Source: an uncultured Verrucomicrobiae bacterium (lineage in GTDB: Bacteria; Verrucomicrobiota; Verrucomicrobiia; Limisphaerales; Palsa-1400). Taken from it: a stretch of 64,000 nucleotides of DNA. Every line of letters begins with the position of its first letter. The first letter of the stretch is position 1. The notes beneath the pieces are model-generated. The model did no database searches. It saw only the letters and a program-made list of their open reading frames with translations, and was not told the DNA's origin. Below are positions 1 to 14,500 of the stretch, one piece after another. The stretch covers positions 3,456,001 through 3,520,000 of the forward strand of contig OY969763.1 of assembly GCA_963702845.1 (NCBI GenBank), written 5' to 3'. A program made the translations under genes and the position numbers.

Positions 1-2
1 AT

Positions 3-209
3 TTCTCTTTGGGCACACGCTCATTACCAGCTCACGGCAAGACTCCGATCATGTTCGTGACCTCGAAGCTTGACGTCGATAGTCGGGCGCATGCCGTTTT
101 ATGCGGCGGCCAAGAAATCATAGGCAAACCGTTGTTGGCAAGTGAAGTCATTGTCAAAGTGCTGATGCAAATTATGCACGATCAAATCGACGCCGCGAAG
201 CCAGCCTGA
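3..209 (+). CDS. Response regulator receiver domain, C-terminal part (5' end outside window)
   Basis: TPIMFVTS...GGQEIIGKPL matches the receiver beta4 Thr and beta5 Lys-Pro motifs; the frame is open to the window edge. Confidence 0.7.
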   Translation, partial: FSLGTRSLPAHGKTPIMFVTSKLDVDSRAHAVLCGGQEIIGKPLLASEVIVKVLMQIMHDQIDAAKPA

Positions 210-211
210 TC

Positions 212-3200
212 TTAGTTCCCGATTACGCGATAGTAGCGTGAGGGCGCAACCAACGGTGCAAGTCGGCGATTCTGGCCGAAATCCGAGAAACTCGTAATCG
301 GCGATGTGGCGTTCGTATTTCCTACTAATTGCCATTGATCACTGAATGCATCGCGAGACTCGATGCGCAACGACGTGCCAACGGGCGCGCTGATTTGAAC
401 ATGCGTTGCTCCCAGTTCGTTGGGCGGAAATCAGTTCGATTGCGTTAAACAGGGAGGGCACATCCAATAAACTCACATCAAAGGAGACATTGTCCCACGT
501 TGTTGCCCATGCGTTGTTCAACTGAACAGCAATAGTGTTCGTGCCAACCGTCAGCAGATTTTGAAACGGCGTCAGGTCGAAATACTTTGTTTCGTTACCA
601 TCGGAACTGACGGCGTTAATTCCGGATGTGATAATCTCCAAACCGTTTATCCACAATCGAAGTGGATACGTGGTGCCGGCAAAGTCATCCGTGCAATTGG
701 CCTCCAGGAGGAGCTCTTCGAAATCAATGTCGCATAATGTGAATGTCGTTCGAAAGTAGTAAGACGGCTTGAACGCGGGAAGAGGTGTCGCAATGTTTGT
801 CGGCCCACTTCCAGCGCCGAATTTTGCGGCACCGATTGGCCAGACGGTATCGGCAAAATTCGTAGTAAACCATGAGGCTGCGGGAGTGCTGTTGAAGTAC
901 CGCCACGGCGATCGGAACGGAAGCAGGACGTTCCAATGTGAATCGCTCAGCGGTGGCAGAGCACGAAAGAAAATATTATCGAGATAGATTGAGCCACTCG
1001 CGGGTGATGCACTTTGGAATCGATGGCGCAGTTCCACATTCGGGAAACCGACCGGCATCGTGAACACTCGATTCAAGTAAGTCCAAGGCGTTGCTGTTGG
1101 GCCAATGGCAAGCGGAGGCGTGAAGTAGTTCGGAAAAGGAAAAGTTGGACGCGCATTGTGGTCGTCGCCTGTCAATGATGAGGTCCATTCGAACCAATTC
1201 GTTGTCGCGGTTGTTAGACCGCCACTTTGCATGTATCCACCGAAACTGTAGAGCGTGCCGGCGCTGACGGGAAGGTAAGAACGCGGGGTGCCGTAGACGA
1301 CGTACTGATTCAGATCCGTCAGTCGTCGTTTGGTTCCGCAGTTCCACCTGCATGGATTGATGGCCCTGGAAAGCGTTGCTCGACCCAATAACATTTGTCC
1401 ATGGAAGATTCCCCGTATCCCATTTGTCCCAATGACTGTTGTCGTTCTCTTCGAAACCAGCATTTGCAATAAGGTTGCCATTGAGCAACGAAAGAACTGC
1501 GAACGGCGCGGAACGAACCTCTCTGCCGTTCACAATGGCTGCGAGTTCATAGATATATTGCCATCCGACATCGAAACCAGAATCAGTGTAATTGGTAGCG
1601 CTGTTTGGGAGAGTTGCGACCAGGTTGAAAACGCCAGTTTGGATCGGATGCGCGATAAAGCGATAAGCAGAAACAATGTTCGTCCCCTGCTCTGCCCATT
1701 CGAAATAGGCTTTTTCGTAACCGCCGATTTTTTTGGTCACGATCGGCGTATTTGGCGGAAATAGTGAGCGGACCAAGATTGCCGTCGCGTCGCGCGTTGC
1801 CACGATGTGTCGCCCATGAAACATTTGTCGCGTTATTGGCGCCGAAATTTTGGACGTAAACCTGACCGGCGAGAGAACGATAGACGACATCAAGCGAACC
1901 GTCGCCATTCACGTCCGCAAGAAACGGGATATGTTTGAGACCACCGGGGACATTCAGCTGTTTGTTTCAACGTCCCATCCAACGCAAAAACATAGAGAGC
2001 GCCACTGGATGGGTTGTGCGCCGGATCGTAGGTGCCGATAACGAGTTCCTGCTGACCATCACCATCAACGTCGCCGACAACAGGTGGAGTTGGAATGAAC
2101 GGGAAAAAATTCTTCGGCCAGCCCGGTCGATCGACCAATTCAACACCGTTCCAGGTGCGGAAATTAATTTCGTATGAGTGCGTGAAACTGACAACGTCGA
2201 TGCGATTGTCGTGATCAGGATTAATCGGGAAAGCGCAGGCGTTGTTAAACCAACCATTGTTGTTCGTGATCGTGACCGCCTGTTTCCATTTACGCCACAG
2301 GAGCGCGCCATCATCGTCGAGAAATGATTCATGGGGTTGCCACAAACAATTGAATTGGGTCGTGACTGAAAGCACTTCGTCCAGGCCATCGCCATCAATG
2401 TCACAGGGATAAATATCAATGCCTTGTTGATAGAAACCAGAAGTCATGCGCAAATTCTTGCCAAACATTTTGTGCAGTTGACCATTGCCATAGAAACCAA
2501 AGGGCTTGGATTTATCAAAGCAAACGATGCTGTCGCTGTCGTTGAGCACATAGGTTTCGAGTCCCCCTGCGGTTTGCGACCGACCGAGCCCGAGACCTGA
2601 TTCGACGAGCTGGTGGAGATGGTAAACGTAATCTTTTGCACCGGTGAGCGCGTTAAAAAACACAACACCGCCGGACCACGACTCTCCAACAGTGCCCCAT
2701 TCGCCACCGCCAAAGATGTCGTTGATAAAGGGGTTGTAATCCTGTTGACCACCATCGGGTCAGGATCGATCTTCCACGCAGTCGCAATTTGTTTTACGCC
2801 AGTGCCACCGAAGTCGGCAACATCGGCGACGAAACTTGTGAGGAGAACACCGCGTTCGCCGGTAATGTCGGCATGAAATTGATTATCTGTCGTCAGATAG
2901 AATCCATTGGTGACAACCTGATAGCCGCTTTGCGGAATGTAATTTTGATAGGTTACGGCGTTTGACCACATGACCGAGCCGTTGCCGCGCAGTGCGATGA
3001 GTCCGTTGCCGCGATAAAAATAATCTCCATTTTGCCATCGCCATCGAGATCATAGAGCGTCGGCGAAGTATTCATCTCATCGGAACCGCTGCTATAGGGA
3101 AACCCGGCAGCGCGTGCCGTTCCATTTAAAGGCATCGAGGAACCATTGACCGTTATTGTCTCGATATGGAACAACAATCTCCAAGGCGGAATCCGAATCC

Positions 3201-3344
3201 AAATTTCCTACAGCAAGTGTGCCCATGTGCCAACCGCCTGTGCCTGCCTGAAAACTGGACAGCGTTGTCGCGGTAGCCGTGGAGTAAGAGAAAAGCAGAC
3301 ATGCAGAAGCCCATATTGCGACAGAGAATAAGTTTCTGAAGCAA
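212..3344 (-). CDS. Large secreted FG-GAP/VCBS-repeat protein with FN3-like, CBM-like and jelly-roll domains (~1040 aa; broken by about 7 or more frameshifts)
   Basis: ORF pieces 3092-3472, 2953-3177, 2444-2971, 1890-2663, 1583-1912, 976-1908, 339-1481 and a final frame ending at TAA 212 join up. Motifs DLDGDGKMEII, DIDGDGLDEVL, GDVDGDGQQELVIG, NLIANAGFEE; hydrophobic signal segment; AAGGAG RBS before TTG 3344 (start approximate); C-terminus ...SRYYRVIGN*. Confidence 0.75.
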
Positions 3345-3510
3345 TTGAACTCCTTAATCTGACAACGGCAGAACCGTGTCGCGCCCACAATACCTTTGGC
3401 GCGTTGCATGCCCCCATAGGTAGCTCGAAACGTGCCACGACTGCTATTCAGGCGGTCGCGATTACGAAACAAAGACAGTTGCCGAGTCGCCGAAAAAGGA
3501 GAATTTGTAT

Positions 3511-3756
3511 ATGAACATCATCGTTTATAAAAAAACCGGCTGTCCCTGGGCGCAGGATGTTGAAGACTTCCTGAAGGAAAAGGGGCTTCAATACGAGGAA
3601 AGAGACATGATGAAGAAATCGCAATATCGGGATGAAGCGCAGCAACTATCAGGGCAGTCAAGGAGCCCGACGGTGATTATCGACGACAAAGTATTTCCAG
3701 ACACTGATGTCGACCATCTTGAAGAATATTTTGAATCGCGCGGTGTCGGCGTTTAG
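3511..3756 (+). CDS. Glutaredoxin family protein (monothiol CPWA)
   Basis: IIVYKKTGCPWA...SGQSRSPTVIIDD; AAGGAG RBS at 3496-3501 before ATG 3511. Confidence 0.85.
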   Translation: MNIIVYKKTGCPWAQDVEDFLKEKGLQYEERDMMKKSQYRDEAQQLSGQSRSPTVIIDDKVFPDTDVDHLEEYFESRGVGV

Positions 3757-4341
3757 CGCTGTAACAAACGTCGAAGTTGCGTCCGCGGGCGCCTCGATCG
3801 TCGTATCGGTCCAAACGACAAAGTCTGACTGGCGCTATTTTTCTTATCAACCGGCCATTGAGCGGCGATTCGGTTCTGAAGCTCTTCGTCGCTCCAACCG
3901 CGTTGGCGCAGACGAATGATTTGGGTTTCGTTGTGAACACGCAAGGCAGACTGTCGCGCTGAAAATGCAGATTGAGCGTTGGTTTCAAATAGCAGCGGGA
4001 TGATACGCGGCTGCTGCGTTTTATTTTCGTCTCGCCATTGTTGCGCGGCGTCAAACCACACTGCACGGAATCGTCGGATGCAGAATCGATTCCAATTTGG
4101 CGCGCTTAACGGGATCGCGAAATACTTCCGCAGCGAGTTCCCTCCGTAAGAGTTCTCCTTTTTCGTTGATCAATTGATCGCCCAATTCGCGTTTGATTTC
4201 GTTTAAAGCCGGTTGACCGGTTTGCACGATATCTCGCGCAATCTGGTCGGTATCAATTACTGCAACCCCAAGTTTTTGCAAAATACCGGCGGCAGTGGAC
4301 TTTCCCATTCCAACTCCGCCAGTTATTCCAAAAAGCGTCAC
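3753..4341 (-). CDS. coaE: Dephospho-CoA kinase (frameshift near 4060)
   Basis: GITGGVGMGKST P-loop, VIDTDQIAR, LESILHP in 4051-4341; continues IPLLFET...RIAAQWPVDKK in 3753-4061. Confidence 0.9.
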
Positions 4342-4345
4342 GTTG

Positions 4346-7300
4346 TTAGTGAGGCATGCGGAATGCGCGATAGTAACGGGTCGATGAACCCGTTGCCGCG
4401 CTATCGGTGATGGTAAATGTCCCGCCGACTGGCGTGTTGGTGCTGATCGTAATCCAGTTCGTCAGATCAGTTGAGAATTGCGACGATGTATGGTTCGCCG
4501 GTTTGACCATTAAGTGTTAATCTGGAAGCCGGTTCCATGCTGGTATGTGCCAGTCAACTGGGCGCTGGCAGCTTGAGTGACCGTGTTGACAAACGATGCG
4601 GTGTTGTCGATTCGTATACAGATCAGTGCATCGGCTGAAACAGTTGCGCTGAATTAGTCATGGCTCCAGAGGCTAACAGCCTGAACGCGAATGAATGCCG
4701 ACCGGACTGGAACCTGAAGCAAGCGATGGGAGACGGCAGTTAAGAAGATTGCCGCTGACGTCTGTGGTGCCGGATGCGATGGATGCAGAGACCAACGACA
4801 CGCCGGCCGGCAACGTGTCAGAAATCACAACATTAGTTGCGGCCGCAGGACCGGCATTATCAACTGTGACAACGTAGTCGACTAAATTGCCCGTGAGCAG
4901 GCTGGCAGGCGTGCCGGCCATGGTCAATGAAAGCGCTGCAGCCGGATTGACAGTATTTGCCACAGTCAATGTCAGCGACCAACCACCAATGCTACCTGAA
5001 TTACCCGCAGCGTCGTCGAGAACGTAGAGCGACCACGTTCCGTTCGCAGGGCTGCCGTTGAGCGCGCTCATCGTTGTGCTGGACGTGCCTGAGAATGCCG
5101 GGAAATGAAGTTGGCGAAAATGCGGAAGGTTTATAGCTGCCAGAAGTAATCTGCGCGGTGGCCGACAGATAGCTTGCTGCAGCGTCGTCCACTGTAATAT
5201 CGACATTGGCAATGCTATGCGCGCCGCCGCAATGTGCCATTGCGATGACACTTTGGCCGGTTGGGCTGACGAGCAGAACGTTGACGTCGTTCGGGAACGT
5301 ATGGGTTACCTTGCTCAGCTTGAGCACAGCTTTGCTGACAACACCCGGAACGTTCGAGATTGTGATCGTTGATGGATAAGGCGAAGCCGGTCCGGCTGAA
5401 GGAATTGTGACGCCCACGCCATTGGTGTATGAACTGGTTGTGGGAACTACGAACGAAAACGTTGGCGCGGGAAATTCATAGACGCCGTCTGCTAATGCCA
5501 GCTGAAGCACATTTGTGCTGCCCGCCGGCTGTGTTCCGATGAACGAATAGGTTGCAATAACGCTTGCTCCTGGAGCGATGCTGCCGAACTGCTGGAAGCC
5601 GATAATCGGAACGACGCCGCCGTTGTTTTGGACCTGGCTTTGTAGGTTCGTGGTCGCAGCGGTCCCAATATTCTTCAACGTGATCTGGATCGTGACAGTT
5701 TCGTTCGGGTCAACAGCACCGTTTTGAACGCCGTTTTCTAACACCAGTTTGACACCCGTTGGAACGATCACTGGCACCGGTTGCAGAACCGTTGAAGGGA
5801 TGGCAACTGAATTGTCTGCGTTATTTGCATCCGATGAACCGCTGACAACAGCTATAGTGTTGGTGACAAGCCCAGCAATGCTCGGTGCTACTGTAATCGT
5901 TGCGGTTGCCGCCGAATGAGGCGCCATGTTGCCAAACGCAATCGTCACGAGATTGCCACTTACACCGGCTGTGCCCTGGCTCGCAGTCGAATTGACGTAA
6001 GTGAAACCGGCGGGCAGCGGGTCGGTCAACGTCGCATTGAGAGCAACGTTCGGACCGCGATTCGTTACACCGATCGTGTAAACGAGATTATTGCCGATGG
6101 TAATTGGGTTGACTGAAGCCGTAGCGGACAGACCAAGATCAACAATTGGCAGAGCGACATTCACGGAAGGCGTCGCTGTATTGTTGCCAAAGTTAGCATC
6201 GAGTTCATTGGCACCGACACTTACCGAGTCCGTTTGTGTTCCGACAGCAGTTGCCTTTGCGGTAACGGTGAAGATCACATTACTGCCCAACGCAAGTTGT
6301 GGGAGCGTGAACACGATCGTTTGGCCGCTGGTTGTGTAAGTTGATTGTGGCGGGCCGGAAACGGAGACGAGCGACAACCCTGCGGAAAGCACGTTTGTCA
6401 TCTTCACGCCTGTCGCGGCAGCCGGGCCATCGTTCTTGACCCCGAGTTGGAACGTTACATTGTCACCAACCAAAGCTGATGTCGGCGTTGCCGGATTTAA
6501 TCCAGCGGTGACTGCCAGTTCAACCAGAGGATTGACCGGCTGGGCCGTCGTAATTGCAATGCTCCAACCACCTGCGATACTGCCTGAATCGCCCGTTGAA
6601 TCATCAGCTACATACAATGACCATGAGCCGTTTGGATTGGAGCCTCCGAAAGCAGCAATATTTGCGTCATAAGGTCCGACAGGCGGCGCGGGCGCGTTGG
6701 TTGGGAACACATAAGCAGGCGTATAGGACGCCGGCGCGTAACGCGTGGAAATCAACTGATTGTCGCTCGGGATTATCGTAGAAGCCGCAGAATCAAAGAT
6801 AGGGCTGATATTCGACACTGGAATGTCGCCACCGGCGTGGGCCATCAGAATCGATTTGCGTCCTGTAGGATGCACAACAAGCGTGCCGATATCTTGCGGA
6901 AACGTATGTGACAGCCCCGCCAACGTCACAGCGACTCGCGACACAAAGCCAGTGATACCTGACACCTGGATCGTGGACGGATATATCGAAGCGGCCTTCG
7001 GTCCGGAAGCCGTGGCATCAAGAATGGTAATTGCTGCGGAATTCGAAAACACCGTCGTGGTCGGAAGCGCAAACGTATAATTGATCGTCCCAACATTGGT
7101 ACCGTTATTTTGAACTTGAAGAGTGGCTGTGACGCTGCCGCCGTTTGTCCCAGTCGCAGCAAACGTAAATGGAGCCGAACCAATGCCATTGACTCCAATG
7201 GCACCATAGGACTGCTGGCCGCTTGGGGAATTCACGCCATTTCCAGACAACAAGGTCGCCGTAACCGATGATGCAGTGATGTTACCCTGGTTCTGCAAGC

Positions 7301-10300
7301 GCAGTTGGAGCGTTACAGTTTCGCCGATGTCGATAGTGCCGTTTGCAGGCGGGATACTTTCAGCAGTGAGCGTCGCTCCTGCGCCAGCAATCTTGATAAA
7401 GGGCTGCTGCACTGGTGTGTGCAAGATAAAGTTATTATTGGCAGTGTTCGGATCATTCTGAACCGAAGACACACTTGCCGCCGACAGAATGGTCGTCGGC
7501 AGTGCCGGAGCTTTCGCATAAACAATCGCAGTAACGACCGCGCCGGGCTGCATTGTCCCGATGTTTGCGGTCACGGCGCCGTTCTGATTCGAGATTGTTC
7601 CCGTCGTGATCGTGTTACTGAGAATGGTCGCACCACCTTGCACCGACTGAGACATTTGCACCGCCTGGGCAAGGCTCGGACCGTGGTTCACAACCGTGAT
7701 GGTGTAGGCGAAGTTGCTATTCAGAAGAACGCTGGCCGGATTCGCAACCATGGTGATTTCGAGGTCAGCAGCGGGATTCACGGTCGTCGAAACGGAGGCA
7801 TGGTTGTTTCCGGTGACAGGATCGAAAATAAAGCTGTCGGACGCTACTTGTGCAGAGGCATTGAAGATCCCCACGGCTGTTGGGCTGACGACAATCGTCA
7901 CTGTCGCTGTGGAACCTGCGGAGATATTGCCGAGGAGCGTTAAAATACCTGCCGAAGAATTTGCAAACATTCCCTGGCTCGTGGTCGAAGAAATAAATAC
8001 CACGTTCGCCGGCAGGAGGTTCGTTAGAACGACCCCTGTCGCAGTGAACGGCCCATTGTTGGTGACAACCATGGTGTAGGTAAGCGTTCCACCGGCGAGG
8101 ACGGGGTTCGGAGCTCCAATCATTGTCACCGCAATATCAGCAGTTGGCTTTTCGACGCGTGTTGTAGCGGTTGCCGAGTTGTTCGAATGATCCCCGTCGA
8201 CTGAAGGCGAACCAACATTCGCGGTGCTGGAGATGATCCCGTTGGTCAGCGGCGTAACAGTGACGGTCACGGTCGCAGTACCGTAAACAGATAAGCTGCC
8301 GATGTTAGCAGTGACGGTGCTCAACGACTGATTCACGGCTCCTTGCGTCGTTGTTGCGGAAACGAATTGAACGCTCGGGGGTAGCGATTGGTTCAAGACC
8401 ACCGCCTTCGCCGTCGCCGGGCCGAGGTTCGAGACAACCATCGTGTAAGTGAGGTTGCTGGTGACGAGCACTGGATCCGGGTTGTCGGTTATTGTGAGCG
8501 ACAGGTCTGAACCAGGACATTCGCCGCCGCCGTCGGTGCATACATATGGGGCGATCGACAACGACCAACAATTGAGCGTGCCAACGTCAATAAATACCTG
8601 ATCCACGATGTGCAGATACCAAGTGCCATTGACGTTGGTGCCGGTTTTAAGATTAAACGTGGCGAGCGCTTGTTGCGGTTGGAAAGAACCGACATATGGC
8701 GGCAAACCGGCAGTTATTGAATTCGTCGCATTGTCGTCGAATGTCGTGCGATTTGAATCTGGCGTGCAGTTGATGCCGTAGTTGTCACCATTAAAGCCGT
8801 TATTTTGCGACAGGAGAACTTTGGTACCGTCGGGCGCGATGAGTTCCATCATCAAATCGGAATCGAAGGTATGGGAGATAAACATTGACGCGGTCACGTG
8901 GGCAATCCCACCCAGAATATTTGTCACGGTTATCGGCGACATGATGCCGGTCTGATTAGCGTCAGGGATTACGACGGCGGTGTTGTTCTGGAATAAAATG
9001 GGAGCCCCATTTGTGCCGGTGAGAATTGTGATAGCGTTCGTCCGAATGTCCTGGTCCGAAGTGATGATGAGGTCAAACTGGAGCGGCGTGCCGCAGACCA
9101 GTTCAGGAGTCGTGCTGATCCCGAACGGCGTCAGACAAACAGCCGCATTTGTACCGGGAATGACGGGCCAGGTTGAAAAAGGTTGAGTGACAAACACACC
9201 GACGGTCTTTGAAATCAGTTTTGCGGAAATGCTTCCGACGATGAGCGTGCCCCGGTTTGTAAGGGTAATATTCATCTGGTTGCATTCGTCGGGATCGACG
9301 ATTCCGTTATTGTTGCCGCCGAGGAGCGAGTTGGTGAAATAGCCAAGGCCAGGAATATTGTATGATTCGATAACGCCGACAGTCGTCGAATTGATCGGAA
9401 CGAACGCTCCCGCACCCATACCCCGCTTGGCGAATCCGCGCCAGATTTCATCGGCATTTGCTGCGTTGTTGTCAATACGGTCAGCTGCGAGGATTGCATC
9501 GCGAGATTCAAGAAAGGTCGGATTAGCCGGACAGAGCTTCATCGCGTCAGTGGTGAGCTGCAGCATTTTCTGGTTGCCAATGTCGCCATATTTGGTGATG
9601 AGGTTTGCGCGCACTTCCCAAAGAGCACTGCACCAAACTTCGCCTGCATGATGCACTTCGTCCGCTTCGTTCGGATCAAACGGTGAGTAGACGGGGCTGT
9701 ACGGAATGCCGGTGTGCGGACTGACTTGGGTTGGGTCGATGTCCTTTAGGGTAAACGGATTCTTGCTCATGTCCGTTGTATAAGGATAGTGACGAACACC
9801 AAAGTAGTAGTTCGCGGTCATGCCAAAGAACTGATAGGTATCGTAACCGCCGAGAGCGTAATTGCCATTAACATCATCGCCTGGCTGGCTGAGAAGGGAT
9901 AATGCGTAGAAGTCCGACCATCCTTCTCCCATTTCGGACGGTTGTAGTTCGGTGATCGAAACACCGCCGCCAACAAGGCGCGTGCTTACGCCATGCGTAC
10001 TCTCGTGCAGGTAAACTTCCTGATCCACAGCGCCGTCACGAATTGGCGTTGGGAAATCGAAAACAAATTCAACAATATGACCAGATTGTCCGTCCGGTGC
10101 CGATAGGAAGAATGAGTTATCAGCGATTCCAACATCGGCGCCAAATTGCGTGTGCGCAATAATCGGATCCCCACCCAAGCCACCACGATTAAAATTATTT
10201 TGCTGATAGTTACCAGCAGCTTCGGTAAAGCCATAACCGTAGAGCGTGTCGTGATACCAATTTTGCCAATAAAACATATGAACCACTGAAGCATCTGAAT

Positions 10301-11558
10301 ACGTGCTCGGATCACTATTCAAATTGATCGGTATGTCGAACACACGATTTGGATTGCCAGTCGGACGCGCGCGGTCGGGCTGGAAATCGCCGTCGCGATC
10401 GAGAAACACATCCACGTTATTTCCGGTCGTCGAGTTGTTATTATCGTCGATCCAGCCGTTTGGCGATGCGTTGGTGTTCAACGCGGCAATTGTCACGAGA
10501 GTGCGAGCAACGGTTGTAGGTTGGAAGCTGGATGGAGTAGACAAGCCGGGAGAGAACGGAGATGGGCTATCGCTCGTCCACACGCGGTAGCTGGCATCGC
10601 TGATATGGCAGGTCAGATTCTGACGCAGCAGGATTTCACCGGTCTGCGCATCAACAAGTGTCTGGAAACGTTCCACAGGCGTACCGACTGTGACGAGTAC
10701 TTGCCAGCATAAGCGAACAGTGTTGGCATCCATCGGCAACCAAGTGAGATGAATGTAAGAATCGCCATAAATCTTACCGGGCGCTTTCAGGTTCTGCGCC
10801 TGTTCAGAACCATTAGCATCGGACACCGTTTGGATGTCATCAGCGTTTAGAGAATTTCCAACATCTTGCGCAGCCAAAACCAACGCCTGCCGTGCGGAAA
10901 TGGGCAAATTGGCTTTTAGCGCCGCGCGGGTCGCGGCGTCCTGATGTGCAGCCGCAGCTGGATCAGGCAGAAAATGCGTCGAAATGTTAACGAGTTCACT
11001 GTTCTTAGTCACGTGACCCATGAGCACTGCCTCGAATACCGAAATATCATCCAGTTGCTGTTCCCAGATCATGGTATGCAGGCCATTGTGCGCTGTCGTG
11101 TAATCGCGTTTGACCTTTGCACCATTTAATACTTCGCCGCCATGGCCGAAGAGAGCTGAGTGCTCGTTGAGGAATGATTTAATAATCTGCTGATGCGTTG
11201 CATTTTGCGCGTGGCTTTTGGCCAGAGCACCGCCCTGCCCGTTTGGTCCAGTGAGGAATCCATCGGCTGATTGCACCCAGTGCGGCGTATTCAGAAGGCG
11301 GTCGACACTGACTTTTGCGCCCGGCACAAGTTGTTCGAGCTTGTGTAAACCATTTTTCTTTTGCGCGGGTAACTCCGGTGTAAGCATCGCATGTCGTTTA
11401 TCAACATTCGGCGTGGGCGCATGGTCGCGATTGAACGCTTGTTGCGCACTGGCGCACTGCACAAGCGGCGTCAGCAAGAGCGCCGCGATGATGCAAGATG
11501 CCTGCCGCAAAACCCGGGCGGCGCAATTGATTTGTGAGGTTGTGGGTCGGTTTTTCAT
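4346..11558 (-). CDS. Secreted M36 (fungalysin) metallopeptidase with FTP propeptide, repeated proprotein-convertase P-domain-like modules and DUF11 repeats (~2400 aa; frameshifts at about 5100 and 4500-4700)
   Basis: YGFTEAAGNYQQNNF, HESTH (HExxH), MGEGWSDFYAL, EVHHAGEVW, NPTFLESRDAILAAD; DUF11 units (DLSLTITDNPDPV...LTYTMVVSNLGP); last frame ends STRYYRAFRMPH* at TAA 4346. Confidence 0.88.
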
Positions 11559-11568
11559 GGACGATGAA

Positions 11569-14500
11569 CTATTGCGCTCGCAGACGGAAGAATCGCGCGG
11601 AATTGGATGAGGACACCTGGAATTGGTATTGCCCGTTCACCAGCACTGCCGAGGAATCGGTCACTGGCGTCCACACACCAGAAGGTGCGAGGCTGGTTGT
11701 TTGCTCAATGACAAAGTTGCTTCCGGCCCACCCAGGCCACGTCAACACCAAACCGTTCTGGGCGGCAAACGCCCCGAGCGCTGGCCCGTCAATTTCAACT
11801 TTCGTAGAAGCGGTGTTGTTGCCCTTGAGGGGATCAAACGTTGCGCTGGCAACACGAACCGTTACCAGATTTGTCGTCCCGCCTAAGCCAACCGCCGATG
11901 CAGTAATCGTCACTGTCGGCGAGGTATTCGGATCCGAGTTCACTGGCAAGTCGCCGAGCGCAACCACGACGAGCCCGGTTGAGTTCGTAGTAATTACAGC
12001 AGAGCCGAGACTGCTCGAAACGCTTTGCAGCGCCAATCCAGCGGGCAATTGGTTGGTAAGCATGACGGCGGCTGCAGTCGAGAACCCGTTGTTGATTGCC
12101 CTCATCGTGATGGTGACATTGGTGTTGATCAGCACCGGGTTCGGACTAACCGAGATGGCAGCAGCCATGTCGGCTTGCGCTGTATCGACTTCAGTCAAAA
12201 CGCTTGCGATGTTGTTCGCCAGGTTCGGGTCAAACTGGTCTGCCACAACTGTGATCGTATTGGTGAATGTTCCAGTCACATCAGCGCGCACGAAGATGTC
12301 GAAGCTTTGCGTGCCATCCTTGAGCAGGTAGGCCAGCGGACAGCTCAACGTGTTGCTGCTGATGTTGAAAGTGCAGTTGCAAGTGTTGGATAGATACGTC
12401 ATACCGGCAGGCAGCGCATCAGTGAACACAAGATTGGTAGCGCCGGCAGGTCCGTAGTTACTGAACGTAATGTGGTAGTTAACAACGTTACTGACAGTCG
12501 CGGGAACAAGTAATTGTGTCATGCTGACTGCGAGATCGGCACTCTGGTCCAGGCGCGCGCCTGTCGTTAAGTTAAGGATCCAGCCGTTGTTAATCGTGCC
12601 GCTGTCGTGGTAAGTCGAGTCGACGATATACAGCGACCACAGGCCATTCGGGTTGATTCCGTTGAAAGCACCCATCGACACCTGGTAAGGTCCAGGCGGA
12701 GCGTCTGGGAACGACGGATAGAAAAACGGCTCGCTCGCGGCCGTGCCGAGCGTTGGCTTGTTAGTGCCAGTCGTAATTGGCGCCTCATTCGGCAATGCTG
12801 GATATGAATCATCGAACGTCAGGCGAACGTTGCTAATGCTGAAAGGCCCACCATCCGCTGCCATGAGCAGTGTGTTCGGAGCAGACCCGCTCGAATTATT
12901 TGGAGCTGCCAACAATGCATCAATGTCGTCAGGATACGTGTGGCTCACGCCGGCCAACGTTGCCGTGACTTTCGCAACAGTTCCGACCACGCCAGAGACG
13001 TTCATCTGTGCCGGATATGGCGTCGCTTTAGTCGGTGCGTTTGAACTGTCATTAATCACGATCGTGGCCGAATTCGTGAAGGAATAGGTGTGACCACCAA
13101 TCGGGAATGCGAACAGGCCCGTTCCCAACGGTCGACGAATAGCGCCGACAACATCCTCGAGCACGAAGGTCGCAGTAATCGTTTGTCCGTTTGTCGCATT
13201 CGCTTTGAACGAAAAGCGCTGAGACACAGACGGACCATTCTCGATGAGCGTCCCGTACGATCCCGAGTTACCCACACCATTATAAGGTGTCGCGGCAGTC
13301 GCGTTCGTGACGCCGTTGGTATTCAGAAGCGTCGCGATTAGGTTCGTTGTGTTACCACCACCCGTATTGCGGAAGGCGAAGTAGAGCGTGACGGTTTCGC
13401 TCGGATCAATCAAACCGTTGACCGGACCGCTCTCGCTCAAGAGCGCAACACCAGCGGGAACAACCAGACTGCCGTTATCTTCAACAATCGTCAGCGTTGC
13501 CGTTGTTGGCGTAATCAGCACTGCGCCCGTTGAAGGATTGGACAGCGTTAACACCACCGTTTTATCGCCGGTAATGATGTTGTTATCTTGAACGACAACA
13601 TCGAACGTCTTAATCGTCTCACCGGGCAGGAATAAAAGCGTGCCGTTGGTGGCCGCGTAGTTAATCGGGGCGGTTGCCGACCCATCTTTGGTTGCGAAAT
13701 CTACGCTCGCCGATCCGTTGGTAACACTGGTGCGTTGCACAGTGATCGTAACGGCATGCCCGTTCTTCAATACACGATAATTTGCGCTGGAGAACCGCAG
13801 TCCGATATCGTTGTCCAGCACAGTCAGCACAGCATTGGAGCTGGTAATTTTAGCTCCGGTGGAAGGATTGAACAGGTTCAAGAGCACCGTTTGGTCACCG
13901 TCAACAGCCGTGTTATCAATGATCGGGACAGTAAACGTCGCGGTGGCCTGGCCATTGACGAATGTCAACAAACCGTTCGTGCCAACATATCGTAATCCGG
14001 CGCGGGCGGTGCCGTCAGCCGTCGAGAAACCGACAGTAACAGTCCCGGTATTAATGGAACTTCGGTTGACTGTGATCACTGCGTTCGTCCCGCCTTCATT
14101 GACGACGTAGGTCGGGCTCGAGTAGCTCAGGCCAGAGTGTGTATTGATAATCGTCACCACAGCCGAATTAGGCAAACCAAGGAAGGTGTTTGGCGCCGGG
14201 TTCCTCAAGATAATAGAAAACTGTTCATCTGCGGTGATCTGACCGTCGTCCAGAATCGGGATGAAGATCAACTTGGTCACTTCACCGGGTCCGAACGTCA
14301 ACGTTCCCGACGTTGTTGTGTAATCCTCACCGGCCACCGCGACACCGTTAGTGCTCAGCGCGTTGGTGGTTGAATAGTCGACGGTCACAGTTCCGTTCGT
14401 TCCACTGTTGCGAACAACAGTGACAAACACAGAACCGGCATCCTGACGCACGAAGTACGCCGGATTCGCGAACGTGAAGTTCACATGATCATCGTTGATC

